A DNA stretch of 63,235 nucleotides, counting the filler, from Dugesia japonica (lineage: Eukaryota): the NCBI GenBank assembly GCA_001938525.1. It is 5 parts of 5 records of this genome, joined end to end, with 100 filler letters (N's around TTAATTAATTAA, not from the genome) between each part and the next. Parts side by side here need not be neighbours in the genome. Positions count along the whole stretch, not along the records: positions 1 to 18,379 come from MQRL01647402.1; positions 18,480 to 30,745 come from MQRL01639146.1; 3 more parts are not named here. One strand, given 5' to 3'. Both the position numbers and the translations under genes were made by a program. The notes under the pieces are model-generated. The model did not search any database. It had not been told where the DNA came from and saw only the letters and a program-made list of their open reading frames with translations. Below, one piece after another: positions 14,400 through 27,850 of this stretch; position 1 is the stretch's first letter, and the number at the start of each line of letters is the position of its first letter.

Positions 14400-14992
14400 A
14401 TTACTTAATGAAGTTCATTAGATGACACGCATAAATATCTGCAATATTCTCCGGTGAGAAAACCAATAATTGGTAATGAGAAATGGATTGGTTACAGCAA
14501 TGTATTATGCAACTGGTTTCTTGGTACAGATGAATAAGTTCGCCTGAAACGACAGCGAAAACCGATATTCGCTAAAGAATATTTTACTTCCAGTTTAGTG
14601 GGATTTTAAAGGTGTTGTGNTTTTTGGGCTTCGACTAATAAACAAAACAATCAACTCCAATGTGTACTGTCGGCAATTGGAAAGTTTAAATGAATCAATT
14701 ATCCAAAATGTCTAGAATCGTTAATCGTAAAAGCGTGGTGTTTCATCATGACAATACAAGAATACATACAAGTTTGGTCACCCGTCTAAACTTGTTAGAG
14801 ATTGTATTGGATGCGTTGCTAAACCTATCACTCGCAGATTTCTATGTGTTTCGCGCTCTTTAAATTCTCTTCGCGGTTTAAACTTGAATTCCAATGACGT
14901 CGTTAAATAGCATCTTGTTCACTTTATCGCCGATAAAACAGGTCTTTCTTTGAACGAAATAAAAATCAGCCACGACTTTACCGACAAACTAG
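14400..14992 (+). mobile_element. Degenerate mariner transposase (catalytic region)
   Basis: IIGNEKWI, WDFKGVV, VVFHHDN and DFYVFRAL motifs with frameshifts. Confidence 0.78.
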
Positions 14993-15959
14993 TGTATTAT
15001 TTTAAAATTCTCAAATTAAATACTGATTGAATGTTTATTCAAATTCCAAATATTTTTAATAATTTCTTTTACTATTTTTAATAATAACAAATTATTACTT
15101 AAAATAATTTCAAATTTTCAAACTAAATTTTTCTTGAAAAAAATATTAAAAAGTCTACAATTAAATTTAATTAAAACGTTATTACGCTAAGAATTAGTGA
15201 AAGAAAATTTAGAATTTCCTGTCGCGTGTCGAGAAAAATTTCAAAGAAATTTGAAAAAACCCAACCCCAAAAGTTCATATGGGGATTTCTCTGATGAAAA
15301 GATTAACATATTTATTTTATAAAAAATTTAATAATATACTAAATTATTAAAATAAATGAAACAACACACTTTACCTAACGTAAATATATGCATAAAAACT
15401 TGCAATTTTATTTAAAAATATGATTGATTTTTTTAAATGTTACAAAAATTTAAAANNNNNNNNNNNNNNNNNNNNNNNNNNNNNNNNNNNNNNNNNNAAT
15501 TAATTTTTAATATTTACTAAATGTAATATCTTTAAAATTTAATTGTTTTACATGTTCATCCAGGATAATTACAAATTTTAAATTTTCCTTTGTAAAGAAA
15601 TATTATTCAAGAAAATACGGCTCCATCCTTCTTATGTCTTATGCAAATAACTTGTACATATTGACTAGAACTAATTTTACTATTATTTCCATTTATCATG
15701 CAGTTTTTTCAAAGAAGAATAGCTTAAGGTCTGCCAAGTTAAACAAGTATTTCTTATACTTTGTTAGATTTATTTGTTTGCTTCATTTAATTCAATTAAA
15801 ATAAAAATTTCAATACAAAACTTCATTAAAACACCAATAATTCTTCTTTAAAATTATTCTTGCTTTCTTAAGGTTTCTTCCCAAAATTGCTTTATACAAT
15901 TTATGTTTTATATAATTTATTTAAATTTATTTAGATTTCTTTTATTTAAATTTTTTTAT

Positions 15960-18379
15960 AATTCCTAACAATCCATTTTTTGTGTAAATTTTTCTCAAAA
16001 ACTATTTCAGCTAGAGACACATTCATCGTTCTCTGAATTGTGGTGTTCATCATAAATTATATTTCTGGTAAAATATCGGCCCAGTCCTGCATTTTCTTTT
16101 CCTGTAAACTAATATGAATTGTATCTCTTATAGTTCGAAATTGTCTTTCAACCATTCCATTACTACTATGGTGATATGGACTTGAGTATTGGATTTCATT
16201 AAATTCATTAGCTAATTGTTGGAAATGATTTGATTCAAATGATTTTCCGCAATCGGTATGTATTATTCTCGGTGCACCATATTTCAAATCCAATTATTTT
16301 GAAATATTTTAAAAGCGGTTCTTTCGACTTGATACGAAACTGCATTGAGAGATATAAATCTACTGAATTTATCAATTATAGTTAAAATATATTGTTTTCC
16401 CTATAAAGTTTTCTTTAAACGACCACAAAAATCGATATGAATGATTTCAAAGATGTCATCAGCTGGAATACTATTAATTTTTTTTGTTTGAGTTGTCGGT
16501 GTTTTTCTTAATTGACAATTTTTAAAACTTCGAGTAACCCCGTTTACAATTTCTTCTAGACTTTCCATATCATAATTTTCTCTTANATGAGCTGCAATTT
16601 TTTGAGATCCTATATGACATAATGATTCGTGTTCATCACTTACAAATAATTTTCTGCATTCTAAAGGAATCTAAATTTTATTATCATTTGTCATAATGAT
16701 TCCATTTGAAAAATTAAATTTTGAACTCATTTCACCATTTTAAAGTTACTTTTTATATTATTAATTTCTTCAGAATTTTCTTGCCATTTACTACCATTTG
16801 ATTTAAACTCAACTGATAAGACTTTTATTTTCATTTTCAATTTTTTCGCATTCTCATTTGACATTGAATACATGTTTTGCAATTATTCCTCAACATTTCA
16901 TCAGCATTTAAATGACATTTTTCTTCTCTGTATTACATAATCATGTCCAAACTGCTTAAATAATTGATCCATGTCTGGAATTGTGGAGAATTTGGTTTTT
17001 TTGTATTAATCATAAAAGTTATGGCTTGTGATCAGTCCGAAGCTTAAATCTTTTCCCGTATAAATAGTGTTTATAATGTTCCGTAAAATAATATATTGCT
17101 AGAAGCTCTTTTCTGGTTATACAATAACATAATTCATGCTTACTAATTGCTTTTGATCCATAAGCTATAACCCGTTCATTGCCTTGTTCATCTAATTATA
17201 ATAATACTCTACCAGTTGTGTCAAAGCTAGCATATGTATCTAGTATGAATTCTTTGGACAAATCTGGATAAATGATTCATTACTTCTCGTTTTAAAGCTT
17301 CGAAACTTAGTTTACATTGATCTGACCAAATTAATTTATTTTTATTGTTTCCACATAAACTTTATAATATCCTCGAGTGATTTCAACAATCTTTAATAAA
17401 TTTTCTGTAATTATTAGTAAGCCATAAAAATCCACGAAGTTTTTTCAAACACTTAAGTTGTTCAAATTCTTTAATTGCTTTTATCTTTTCTGGATCTGTT
17501 TTAAAACCATCTTTTTAAATGATTGGCCCAGAAACATAATCTCACTTTTTATATATATATACACACATTTATCAAAACTTAATTTCAAATCTGAATTTCT
17601 GATTTCATTAAAAACATTTTCCAATCTTTTTGTATGATCTTTCTGAGTTTTAAAAAATATCAGTATATCATCAAGAGAAACAATTGCTTCCTTCTAATTT
17701 AAGGGTCCTAACACTTTTGTCATTAATTTTTGAAATGTTGCTGGTACTGCAGCTATTCCAAATGGCATTCGGTTTAAACAAAATTGACCAAATTTTTGTA
17801 GAAAATGCCGTTTTGTATTTTGAACTTTTCTCTAATTCTAACTGGTAATATGCATTACCCAAATCTATCGTTGTAAAATATTTTGATCCATTCAAAATGT
17901 CAAGCATTTTTCCTATATTTTGTATTGGGAACAATGGTCTCTCCGTTATCATATTCAATAATCTAAAATCCAAGCAAATTCTAATTTATTTTTTTTCTCT
18001 TTCTTCCAAACACAAACTAATGGACTATTCCACTCAGAATCACATTGTTTAATTATACCCTTTACTTCCATTTCTAAAATAGCCTTATTATTTTTATCTT
18101 CTAAATGAATAGGTTGTTGCCTAGTATTTACTACAACTGGACCACCGTGGCTAACGATTTCATATTTTATTAGTGTTGTCTTACCTACATCCTATTTATC
18201 TTTCAAAAAATTTCTGAAAATCGTTCAATTATATCAATAATTTTTTTATTCACTTCATTTTTAAAGTTCATAGTTTTTATTTCCAATATTTCTTTATTAA
18301 TATAGTTCAGCATTTTTAATTTGATATTAAATTTAGATAAAAAATCAATTGCTGCAATAACACTGGGAGAAATATTTTA
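15960..18379 (-). mobile_element. Ty3/Gypsy pol (RT-RNaseH-IN), AT-rich decayed copy
   Basis: LDFRLLN, YFTTIDLGNAYYQ, RMPFGIAAVP, RTDHQ-like motif, integrase IHTDCGKSF and SPYHHSSNGMVERQFRT. Confidence 0.9.
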
Positions 18380-18479
18380 NNNNNNNNNNNNNNNNNNNNN
18401 NNNNNNNNNNNNNNNNNNNNNNNTTAATTAATTAANNNNNNNNNNNNNNNNNNNNNNNNNNNNNNNNNNNNNNNNNNNN
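18380..18479. other. Artificial assembly spacer (44N-TTAATTAATTAA-44N)
   Basis: An identical 100-bp construct also occurs at 30746-30845, 41383-41482 and 52506-52605. The 12-mer encodes stops in all six frames. Confidence 0.95.
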
Positions 18480-20700
18480 CATTTCCATAGTATCCTCAAT
18501 CATACTTAAAACATTCTAAGACACAATTTCATCCCATCCTATTTTCTCCTTTGCCGTTAATCGTTGTATATAGGCACATGCTACTCTTAACCATCCGCCA
18601 AGAGGAACGTGACTAACCCACTCACCTAAGATTCCATGCACCGCCCTCCGCGTCAGCGTGCCATTTTTGACTGAGGCAACTTCTTGTCTCTACACCATTG
18701 GTAGTCATTATCCACGCTAAGACCCCAAACTCTGATATTGTCACCACCTCACAATCTCTCTATGGGTTTTGATGTCAATCCATATCTGTTAAAATGCTCG
18801 ACAACTTCCTTAGCTACATAACCTCTTTCCGTGCGAAAAATGTCATCGATATAACTTGTAGCTTGGAACTTTTTATTTTCCGATAAAACTCTCTCAACTA
18901 TCTTCGACATAACCTTCGGCGCAATGTTCAACCCGAAGCCAAGCTTAGTCATAACATATAACCTGTCGCCAAACTGTACAACCTGATAAGTCCACAAATC
19001 TTTGTCGATTCTGATTTGNNNNNNNNNNNNNNNNNNNNNNNNNNNNNNNNNNNNNNNNNNNNNNNNNNNNNNNNNNNNNNNNCCAACCTGGGCAACTGAC
19101 AATTTGATCATTTACAAACCTGTAATCAAGTACAGGCCGAACCTTCGTTTTACCACCCTTGACTTTTTGCACACTCATGAGTGGGATCATGTTCCTGACT
19201 TTACCGTGTTTCTTTGAATCCCATTCACCCAGTATCCCATCTTGTATCCAGCTCTGTATCTCGTCGTTGAACAACTGTAAGTCATCAGAAGCCACCGGGT
19301 AATTGNNNNNNNNNNNNNNNNNNNNNNNNNNNNNNNNNGCGAACTTCCATCTGACAGTCCATTTACCACTGTCAAACCATGCTGTGAAATCGTTGTCATC
19401 AATCAGTAAGTTTTCATCATTCTCTGGTATTGTCGCGCATGTATTTAAAAGTTTTTCTTCCCTTGGAATGCTATTCATCATGCTGACTCTTGAATGCTTG
19501 TTTTCTACAATTACTTGAGATTTACAGCTGAAAATTTAATGGTTATCTCTTTCCTGAGCATGATGTCATTTCCAATTATGACATCGATGCCAAACGGTAA
19601 TTTATCCAACACATAAAACTCAACTGGACCTATGTCTACATCATCTATCACCATGGATGTGACTTCAAACTTTCCCAGTATATTCAGTGCACTGCCATTC
19701 ACCGACTCCAACCGCGTACCACACATGCTGTTAAGCTTTGCATGTTTTTTTACCCCACTCCTTATTAAGGAAACACTACTGCCTGTATCCAACAACGCAC
19801 TGAAAGATTTTCCGTCCATTCGTATCCAAACTCTCTGCAAGTCTGTGGATGACGCAAAACATTATATGGCTTGAGGACTTTTATGGCCGTCCTCGTTGGC
19901 CATCAAGCAGCTCGTTTCATTGGACTCATGCAGCATTTTATAGACACGAGCCTTACCAGAACTCACATCACCGCGTCCTCCACGAATTGCTACTGATCCA
20001 CCCAAATTGGTGGAGAATAGACGGGATCGATTGCCTATTCTCCTTTGTCGTTTAAAGCTGTCTTGCAATTTGTTCTGATATGACCGACATCACCACATTT
20101 AAAACATTTGACTAGGCAGTTCTTCTTTATATGCCCTGTACGATTACAGCCCAAGCAAAGGTTGATTTTGACTTCTTTAGTTCCACTGATAAACGCAATA
20201 ACATTGTCATTGTGTTCTCGTTTCTTCTTGACATTCTTTTGGAGATCAGTTCACTCAAAACTTTCATCAAGTTTTAGGATGCATTCATCTTTTATATCAC
20301 CTGGTAGCACATTTAGCAGCAACATTGATGCCATAGCATCCATCGGTTTATGATCTCCAATAAAAATTTTCAAGTTTTTCTTGATGTCTTCAATAGCAAC
20401 GTCCACNNNNNNNNNNNNNNNNNNNNNNNNNNNNNNNNNNNNNNNNNNNNNNNNNNNNNNNNNNNNNNNNNNNNNNNNNNNNNNNNNNNNNNNNNNNNNN
20501 NNNNNNNNNNNNNNNNNNNNNNNNNNNNNNNNNNNGGCGATCCGATCAAAAACATCGGCAACCAACTTACTTCATTTTTTTCTTCTTCATCTATTTGAAC
20601 CGCCAGTTCAAAACGATCATTCCGTTTTTCCACATCTTCGCCTTCTTCAAAATTCTTTAATTTCTTCAAATATTTTATGGCCGCGATAGCTTGTTGAGAA
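18480..20700 (-). mobile_element. Divergent LTR retrotransposon (gag with CCHC knuckles, protease, RT, connection region)
   Basis: Gag with knuckles (~20080-20160), protease ALLDTGSSVSLI, RT VRPVLDYR / KLGFGLNIAPKVMS / SYIDDIF, then HVPLGGWLRVACAYIQR. Visibly less AT-rich than its flanks. Confidence 0.85.
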
Positions 20701-21357
20701 CAATAACTAAAAATTGACTGTAGCCAAAATTTATTTATTCAATTTCAAAAGCAAATCTGCCTCGTTAATTCAGATATTAAAACTAACTCATAATTAATAT
20801 AACATGTAATTAATTATTTAAACTTTATCAAGTAAAATTAATTTAAAAGATTTCTATATTGGACCGCTGTGCACAATTTGAAGAACTAAACCAATTAACC
20901 TGGAAAATTAGATTTATGCTTTATTAAAATGTAATTGGAAAGTCTAATGATAAATTTAGTTATTTAAAGGAAAATTTGCAATAAAATAACTGGATTTCCA
21001 ATTTCTAAAATCATTTCAAAATTATTAATCTTTATAAAAAATTTTAATTATTAATGTTTTATTTGAAATAAGTCAATTTTGTACTTAGTGCTTACTTACT
21101 AGTATGTATTTATTTCATTGTTTCAATGATAAACTTTATGACCATTAGATGATACTAAAGTGGCCATTACTTTCATTAACTCGTTTTGTAGAGCTTTTCT
21201 AAAGACAAGCATTTCAATTAGGCATTTGAAAAATGAATCTTCTATTAAACTCTAAAAATTTTTTATCCTTGAAATAATAATGTCAAATAAAAAAACAGAT
21301 TAAAAAAAATTATAATAATAACGTAATAAAAAAACAGAAATTAAACACATTTTATTA

Positions 21358-22430
21358 TTAAAAATTAGCTATTCTCCTCAAATATTGTAATTTATTTTGC
21401 ACTTCATTATATTCTTGAACTGCCATAGATAGGGCTTCATGTAATCTTTTATATTTCTTATTTACTCTTTTTGGACGAGAAGATACTGCATTTGCTAATG
21501 TTAACCGATGACAATCAATATCTCGCTTTAATCCATCAAATAAATTCCACATAGTAGGATGACTGTGAAAGAACAACGAATTAAGAGCACTATGAAATCC
21601 TTCACAGCAGTTAGTTGTCTTGAGAGACTATTCTAGTGCTGTTTTATAATGGTTCCATAGCTTCATTGGAAATTGTACATTTCTCCCCGCAGGACCTTCA
21701 ATGTAATTAGTAAGAAAATAACTCAAAACTTTATTGTGACTTTCTTGGTCTGAAAGTTGATAAAAAAAAGATCTGGGGCTTTATCGAAAGTTCCATCTCC
21801 AAACAGTATATCTTCCTTTAATTCATTCAAAAGGTTTACGTGTTTCAGGTCCAAAAGTCTATCCGGAGAATTTGCCCCTGTATCATAAAGAACTAATTCC
21901 ACACACTTTTCTGGTATTAAAAAGTTAATTGATGTAGGACATTGTATAGACACATTTCTTCTATAATTCGAAAAGATTTTTTGCCAGACTAGATCTCTTA
22001 GGCATGTATGCCAATATTTCGTTGCTGACCTCAGAAAGCAATTCATCCATGATATTTCTTGGGGTCGAATTATTAACACTGATCGCCTGTTTCATTTTTC
22101 TTTTCATTGCTTTGAAGCTTGATTGTTAAGTACACTCTGACAATTTTGTTTGATTCGTTTCCTTTGATTTTCTATGAAGGAAACAGTGTTTTTTTCTTCA
22201 ATTTCACACATATAAAATGGTTTTACCTTCCATTTTTTGAGGGCAGGAATCATGGCAATGCTCGATAGGTAGCCGGATAATGATCTATTCTTCTGTTTTA
22301 ATAATTGCATTACACTTTGTAAGGCGTTTCTGTCTGCATCTCCATGTAATAACAGCATTTTTACACCTATAAAGAACATATTTCGTGTCCACTGTAGATC
22401 AATACTTGATTTCCTCTCTCTGTAGTGGAA
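21358..22430 (-). mobile_element. Mutator-like (MULE) transposase relic
   Basis: ILFGDGTFDKAPDLF (first catalytic D) and TTNCCEGFHSALN.LF.HSHPTMW (catalytic E region). Subterminal-type 16-bp repeats (aattttctatgtgagc) at ~22683-22736. Confidence 0.82.
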
Positions 22431-23539
22431 TATTTCATAATTTGAAATAAATTATAATATTATTTCAAAATTAATTAAAACAAACTGAATAAGTAAACAA
22501 TAATTTTTAAATAAATTGTTACAATTTATGTAAAAAAATAAAAATTTAAAATTTTATCAGTTTTCAATTTAGTCTTTAAATCACTACATAAGAATTTTGA
22601 AAGACGAAGAAATATAGGTAAAAAATTTAGATGATTTAAAAATTTGGCATAAAGTATCATATAATAAATTCATATTGTGCGTAATTTTCTATGTGAGCAA
22701 TTTTCTATGTGAACAATTTTCCAAGTGCGCAATTTTGTTGTGCTGTCTCTTATTTAAAATAATTTATACAAAGCATACCTTTATAAATGATATTTTGGGT
22801 ATATAACAAAACAACCTTAAATCGCAAAATTTTATATTAAAAGAAAGAAGCCACACAAAGAGAGAGGTTCTTTCAGTTAACTTGACTCAAATAATTCTAA
22901 AAAGCTATAAGTATTTAAACTGATTCTACATGTGCTTATTGTTAAACATACACATAAAAATAAATAATTATACAGATAAAAAAATAATCCCTACTTTTTT
23001 TTCTAAAATACACAGTAAAAATAAAATCAATAATAATAATATAACACCTGTTTAAATAATTGTGATAAAAATTTCCATTGCTTTAATCGATCAACAATAA
23101 CAAATACAATAACCAGAAATAATCCAATTATAAAAATAAAAATAATAAAATTATAAAATAATAAAATTAATAGTCATTTTGATTAATATACAAATCAAGA
23201 ATCAATAATAAAATAAATGTTGATAATTGGATAGGTTTTCTTTAACTCGAACTGGTTTCATTTTGAATATTGATTTGTTTGGTTTCGAATATTGATTGAT
23301 CTCATGTATGTGTATATGTTATGCGTGCATTATTGTATGTTTAAATCTCAACAGTAAACTGGTATAAAAATTTCAGTTGTTTAGAATTTTAAGTTGGTAT
23401 AGACTTTGATCGGGTATAAAATTATAGTTGGTTGAAAGTTGGTATAGGCTTTGATCCTTTGGAATTGTTGTAAAATTTTGATCTTAGTATCATTTGATAG
23501 AGAATTAAAAACTCTATACATTATCCAAACCTTTGCCAA

Positions 23540-25880
23540 CCAATAAATTATAGCCAAACAATGAATTTAGGGGAAAGGATTGAAGAGGCCATCAAGAACC
23601 TAAATGATAAAGGTATAATCCGGAAGTGTAATTCGCAATGGAATACGCCATTAATCTGTGTTTTGAAAAAGGAAAAAAAGGATATACAATTATGCTTAGA
23701 CTTTAGACAGCTCAATGCAATAACAGAAAGCATTGCTTTTTCCTATGCCAAATTTGGACAAAATGCTAGAAGCTTTGAAAGGTACGCAGTATTTTAGCTC
23801 AATAGACTTGGGAAATGCATACTACCAAGTGGAACTCAGTGAAGATTCTCAAGAAAAGTCGGCTTTTTTGACCAAACAAGAAAAATTTTGTTTCAATAGA
23901 ATGCCTTTTGGAATTGCAGCAGTACCAGGTACGTTCCAAGAAACGATGAATAAAGTAATTGGAAAAATAAAAGGAGCGATGGTTTATCTAGATGATTTTC
24001 TCATATTTACCGAAACAAAGGAAAAACACTATGAAATAATCAATAAAGTAATGACAGAAATTAAAAAGGCTGGTCTTAGAGTTAATCCGGAGAAATGTCA
24101 ATTCATGCGAAAGATTTTGACATTTTATTACTATTTTGGGACACGTTATCAGTAAATAAGATGTCAAAACAGATCCAACTAAAATAAAAGCAATTAAGTA
24201 CTTTGGTAAACCAAAATGCGTCAAGAAAATGAGAAGATTTTTAGGAATTTGCAATTACTATCGCAAGTTTATTAAAGATTATTTGAAAAAGCTAGATTGC
24301 TGGAACAACTGTGTAGTGGGCCAAGTAACAAGAAAATTGAATGGGCGAATGAATTAGAAATTTTTTTTAATAGAATGAAAGAAGCACTAATGATGTCTCC
24401 AATATTATGTTTTCCAGATTTAAATGGAGGAGTTATTTTGGACACGGGTGCGAGTTTTGATACGATTGGGGCAGTACCATTTCAAAAGGACAACAATGGA
24501 CCAGAAAGAGTAATTACATATGGGTCACACACAATGACGAGTCATGAGAAAGGATATTTTACGACACTGAAAGAATTGCCCACAATTTACTACTTTTGTA
24601 TTCATTTCAAACATTACTTACATGGAAAGAGATTTATCCTCAGAACAGACCATAAAGCCATCACTCTATGCTAAATACCAAGAAGCAGATTACATCACAG
24701 TTTCAAACCTGAATTAATTATTTGAGCAGTTTAGATATAAAATTGAAATATAGAAAAGGATCGCTTCGTACAAATGCGGATATGTTGTCAAGGAGTAAAT
24801 GTGATACATGTGCACAATGTTTAATGTCACATGAAGATCCCAAAAAAGGAAAATTAAAAACCAGGATGTTAAATAAAGTAGATATTCAAGAAGAACAAGG
24901 TAACTTTGGTGAGAATAATGAAGGAACATGGATACCTGATGATAAAATAGAAAAGGTTATAATTAGGATGCACCATCTTTTGTGTCATGCTGGAGCAGAA
25001 AAGGTAGCAGTGTATATGAAGCATAAATATAACGCGAAACATTTGTGAAGCAAAGTTCAAGAGGTTGTCCGAAGCTGTATAACATGCCAGAAAACTAAAG
25101 TGTTGACAACAAAAACGAAGAAAGAAACCAAAAAGACGCAGTCAGCCGAAATGTTTGAACTGTTATTTATAGATGTGTGTGGACCACTGCCGGAGAGAAG
25201 AGGTCGGAATAAATATGTTCTTGGTATAATAGACCAATGCACTAAGTATGCAGGATTGATAGCAATGACAAAACAAGATGGAGATACCATACGAAAAGCA
25301 ATAATGGAAAAATGGATATTAAAGTTCGGGTGTCCGAGAGAAATAAGAGTTGGAAGAGCATTTGAGTCTAAATCGATGAAAGATTTCGCAGCTGAACATG
25401 GAATTACCCTCAGGTTTTCGATTCCATATCATCATAAAACAAATGAGAAAATCAAGAGGCAGTTTAGAACTATACGGGATATGATTAATACAAGGTTTAA
25501 AGAAAGGGAAACCTCAGATTGGGCGGATGTATTGCCAGATATAAAATTTACCTTAAATGCTACAAAACAGAAAACTATCCAAAAAAGCCCTCTTGAAATC
25601 GTATTTGGGAAGAGAATAAGCAGAGAAAAATGGTACTAAACAGATACTCTAAAAGGGCACAAAGAGCAAGATGAAGAGAAATTAACCAAAANACAATTCG
25701 AGGTCGGCGATGAGGTTTTAGTGAAAGTTGAAACAAGAACCAAGATCGTTTTGAAGGATCTTATAAGATCAAAGGAAAGGTCCACGATAGACGTTACATC
25801 CTTGAAGATACAAACAGAAATAGTCTCGAAAGAAACATTAAGAATATCAAAAAACTTCTTAAAAGGGAGTTGTGAGTATG
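23540..25880 (+). mobile_element. Ty3/Gypsy pol (RT-RNaseH-IN) ending at a PPT and LTR start
   Basis: LCLDFRQLN, FSSIDLGNAYYQ, YLDDFL, LDTGAS, RTDHK, HHLLCHAG..C..C, FIDVCGPL, then aaaagggagt-TGTG at ~25861-25874. Confidence 0.92.
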
Positions 25881-27049
25881 TTTTAATCGAGTTGAAATTT
25901 TTGTGTGGTTGATGATCGTTTTTCTTGAAATCTTTTTTGAAAAAGATTTAAATTGAAATGAAAAATTAAATGACAAATAAATAATTGTTGTAAATTTTGT
26001 AATTAAATTTTAATAAATAAATTGAAAATTTGTCTTAAAATCTGAATAAAAAATCAAATGACTAATAAGTAATTGTTTTAAATTTTGAAATTAAATATTT
26101 ATACATAAATTGAAAATTTATTTTAAAATCTGATTTAAATTGATTTTAAAAAATCTTAAGAAACGATCACCAATTTAACAGTAATTTAATTTGTTTAAAA
26201 ACGCAATTACTGTTGTCAAAGTTATTATTTTAATAAATTTATGGAGCTAAGTTCTGATGTTAATGATTCGATGAGTTTTCCGAACTCACCTAACAATCAC
26301 TATTACTGAGCATTAACTTTTCATTTGTTAACATTATTATTTCTTACAGTGGTCCTTATTAATGCTATTATTTATTTTTGCTACCACTATCGCAGCCATT
26401 ATTATTATTGTCGTCTTTAACAAATCAGAAATTACTGTTCACTTTAAAAGGGAAATGTATTTTTATTTTACGATTAAAACCATTATTATAAATCATTATG
26501 AATTAAAATAATGAAACATTAATTAAACATTACTATAATGGTTCTTTACTAATAATTTTTAATTAATTATTTTAATTATTACTCAATATTATTAACAAAT
26601 TGCTACTATTTAACTATAAATATTACTAATCATTAAATTCATTACTGTTAAGTATAAAGAATTAATTAAAGAAAATTATATTATCATTCATTAATTACAG
26701 TATAAAATTTTTAATTTACATAATCTAAACAAAACTAACGTGAACTGCAAATCGATCCAAAGCAAGCACTCAGCGCAATTGACAATCACCGAGACAAATT
26801 TATCTAATTCCGATTGAACACAACTGAAATCTATCTATCTTATTCACACAATCGCGTAATAATATTTCACTCCAATTCATTGGCACACCTACGTAGGGTA
26901 TCATAGATTTCGTAATTGCACACACCTTCATAGATTTCGTAACTTCATTATTCCTGGGACCTTTCCTATATCATCCACAGATTTCTGAATCCGAAACCGT
27001 TGCAAAAATTTATTTTATAAATCACCTTTTGCTCCTTAGTATCAATGTA

Positions 27050-27850
27050 AAGTAAATTTATTTGATTCTATTTTTTGATTGATTTTTCTATCGTTCATAT
27101 TGGCTGAATTATTAAAGTCCCGATACCTGATTTCTTCTAATTGGTCAATATTTTGGGAATTACAAAATTGCTGGAATCCAATTGGCTAACCTTAAATTCA
27201 CGTAACGTCTTTCTTGATCGAGTTATGATTTTGTAGCTTTAATTTTCGGAATCTACAACGTTTTCTTAACTGCTGCTTTTACCTTAATGGAAAGCCTCCG
27301 TTTTCCTCTATTTTCGTTTTCTTGTAAATTAATTTCTTTTTTTCAATAAATCATTTTAATTTGCATGATTTATTTTATTCAATAAATTGATTGTTTATTT
27401 TTTATTTACTTCTTAATTAATTTATTAATTAGGTTCCCCTTTCTCGTCTCTAAATTAAAATTTAATTTAATTTAGGCATTTCTTTCCACAAATAATTCAT
27501 TTTATTTATTTTTTCCATTTGTAATTATTAATTTAATTCAATTTCTTTATTATTCTCAATAAATCCCCTGATACAATTACCATATGTCATTTTCTTTGTC
27601 TTCTCGGTCTTCTAGTGTCTTCTGTTATTTTCTTTCTTCGTTGGTTTTCTCGTTTCCAAGTTTCTGTTTTGTTTACTGGTTATTGCTTAAGTTTTAATTT
27701 TTTAATCTTGATTTTTCTTTAATTACTTCTTCTTCAACTAATATTTGGACTCCTTTGTTCTGGATTCTTTATTTCTCTTAGTGATATCTTCTTCTATTTT
27801 GTTACTATTTATTGTTATTATTATCTTACCATATCAGGTGTTCTACCCCA
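27050..27850 (-). repeat. Dispersed repeat homologous to 43200-43900 (+), probably LTR-element leader sequence
   Basis: The reverse complement of 27300-27420 aligns with 43630-43760 (attaattaagaag.aaataaaa...aaataaaataaatcat.caa.ttaaaatgatttatt). Confidence 0.65.

Noticed and set aside
18424-18435. TTAATTAATTAA palindrome as a regulatory or piggyBac site
   Set aside because: It is always centred in 44+44 Ns, so it is a synthetic linker.
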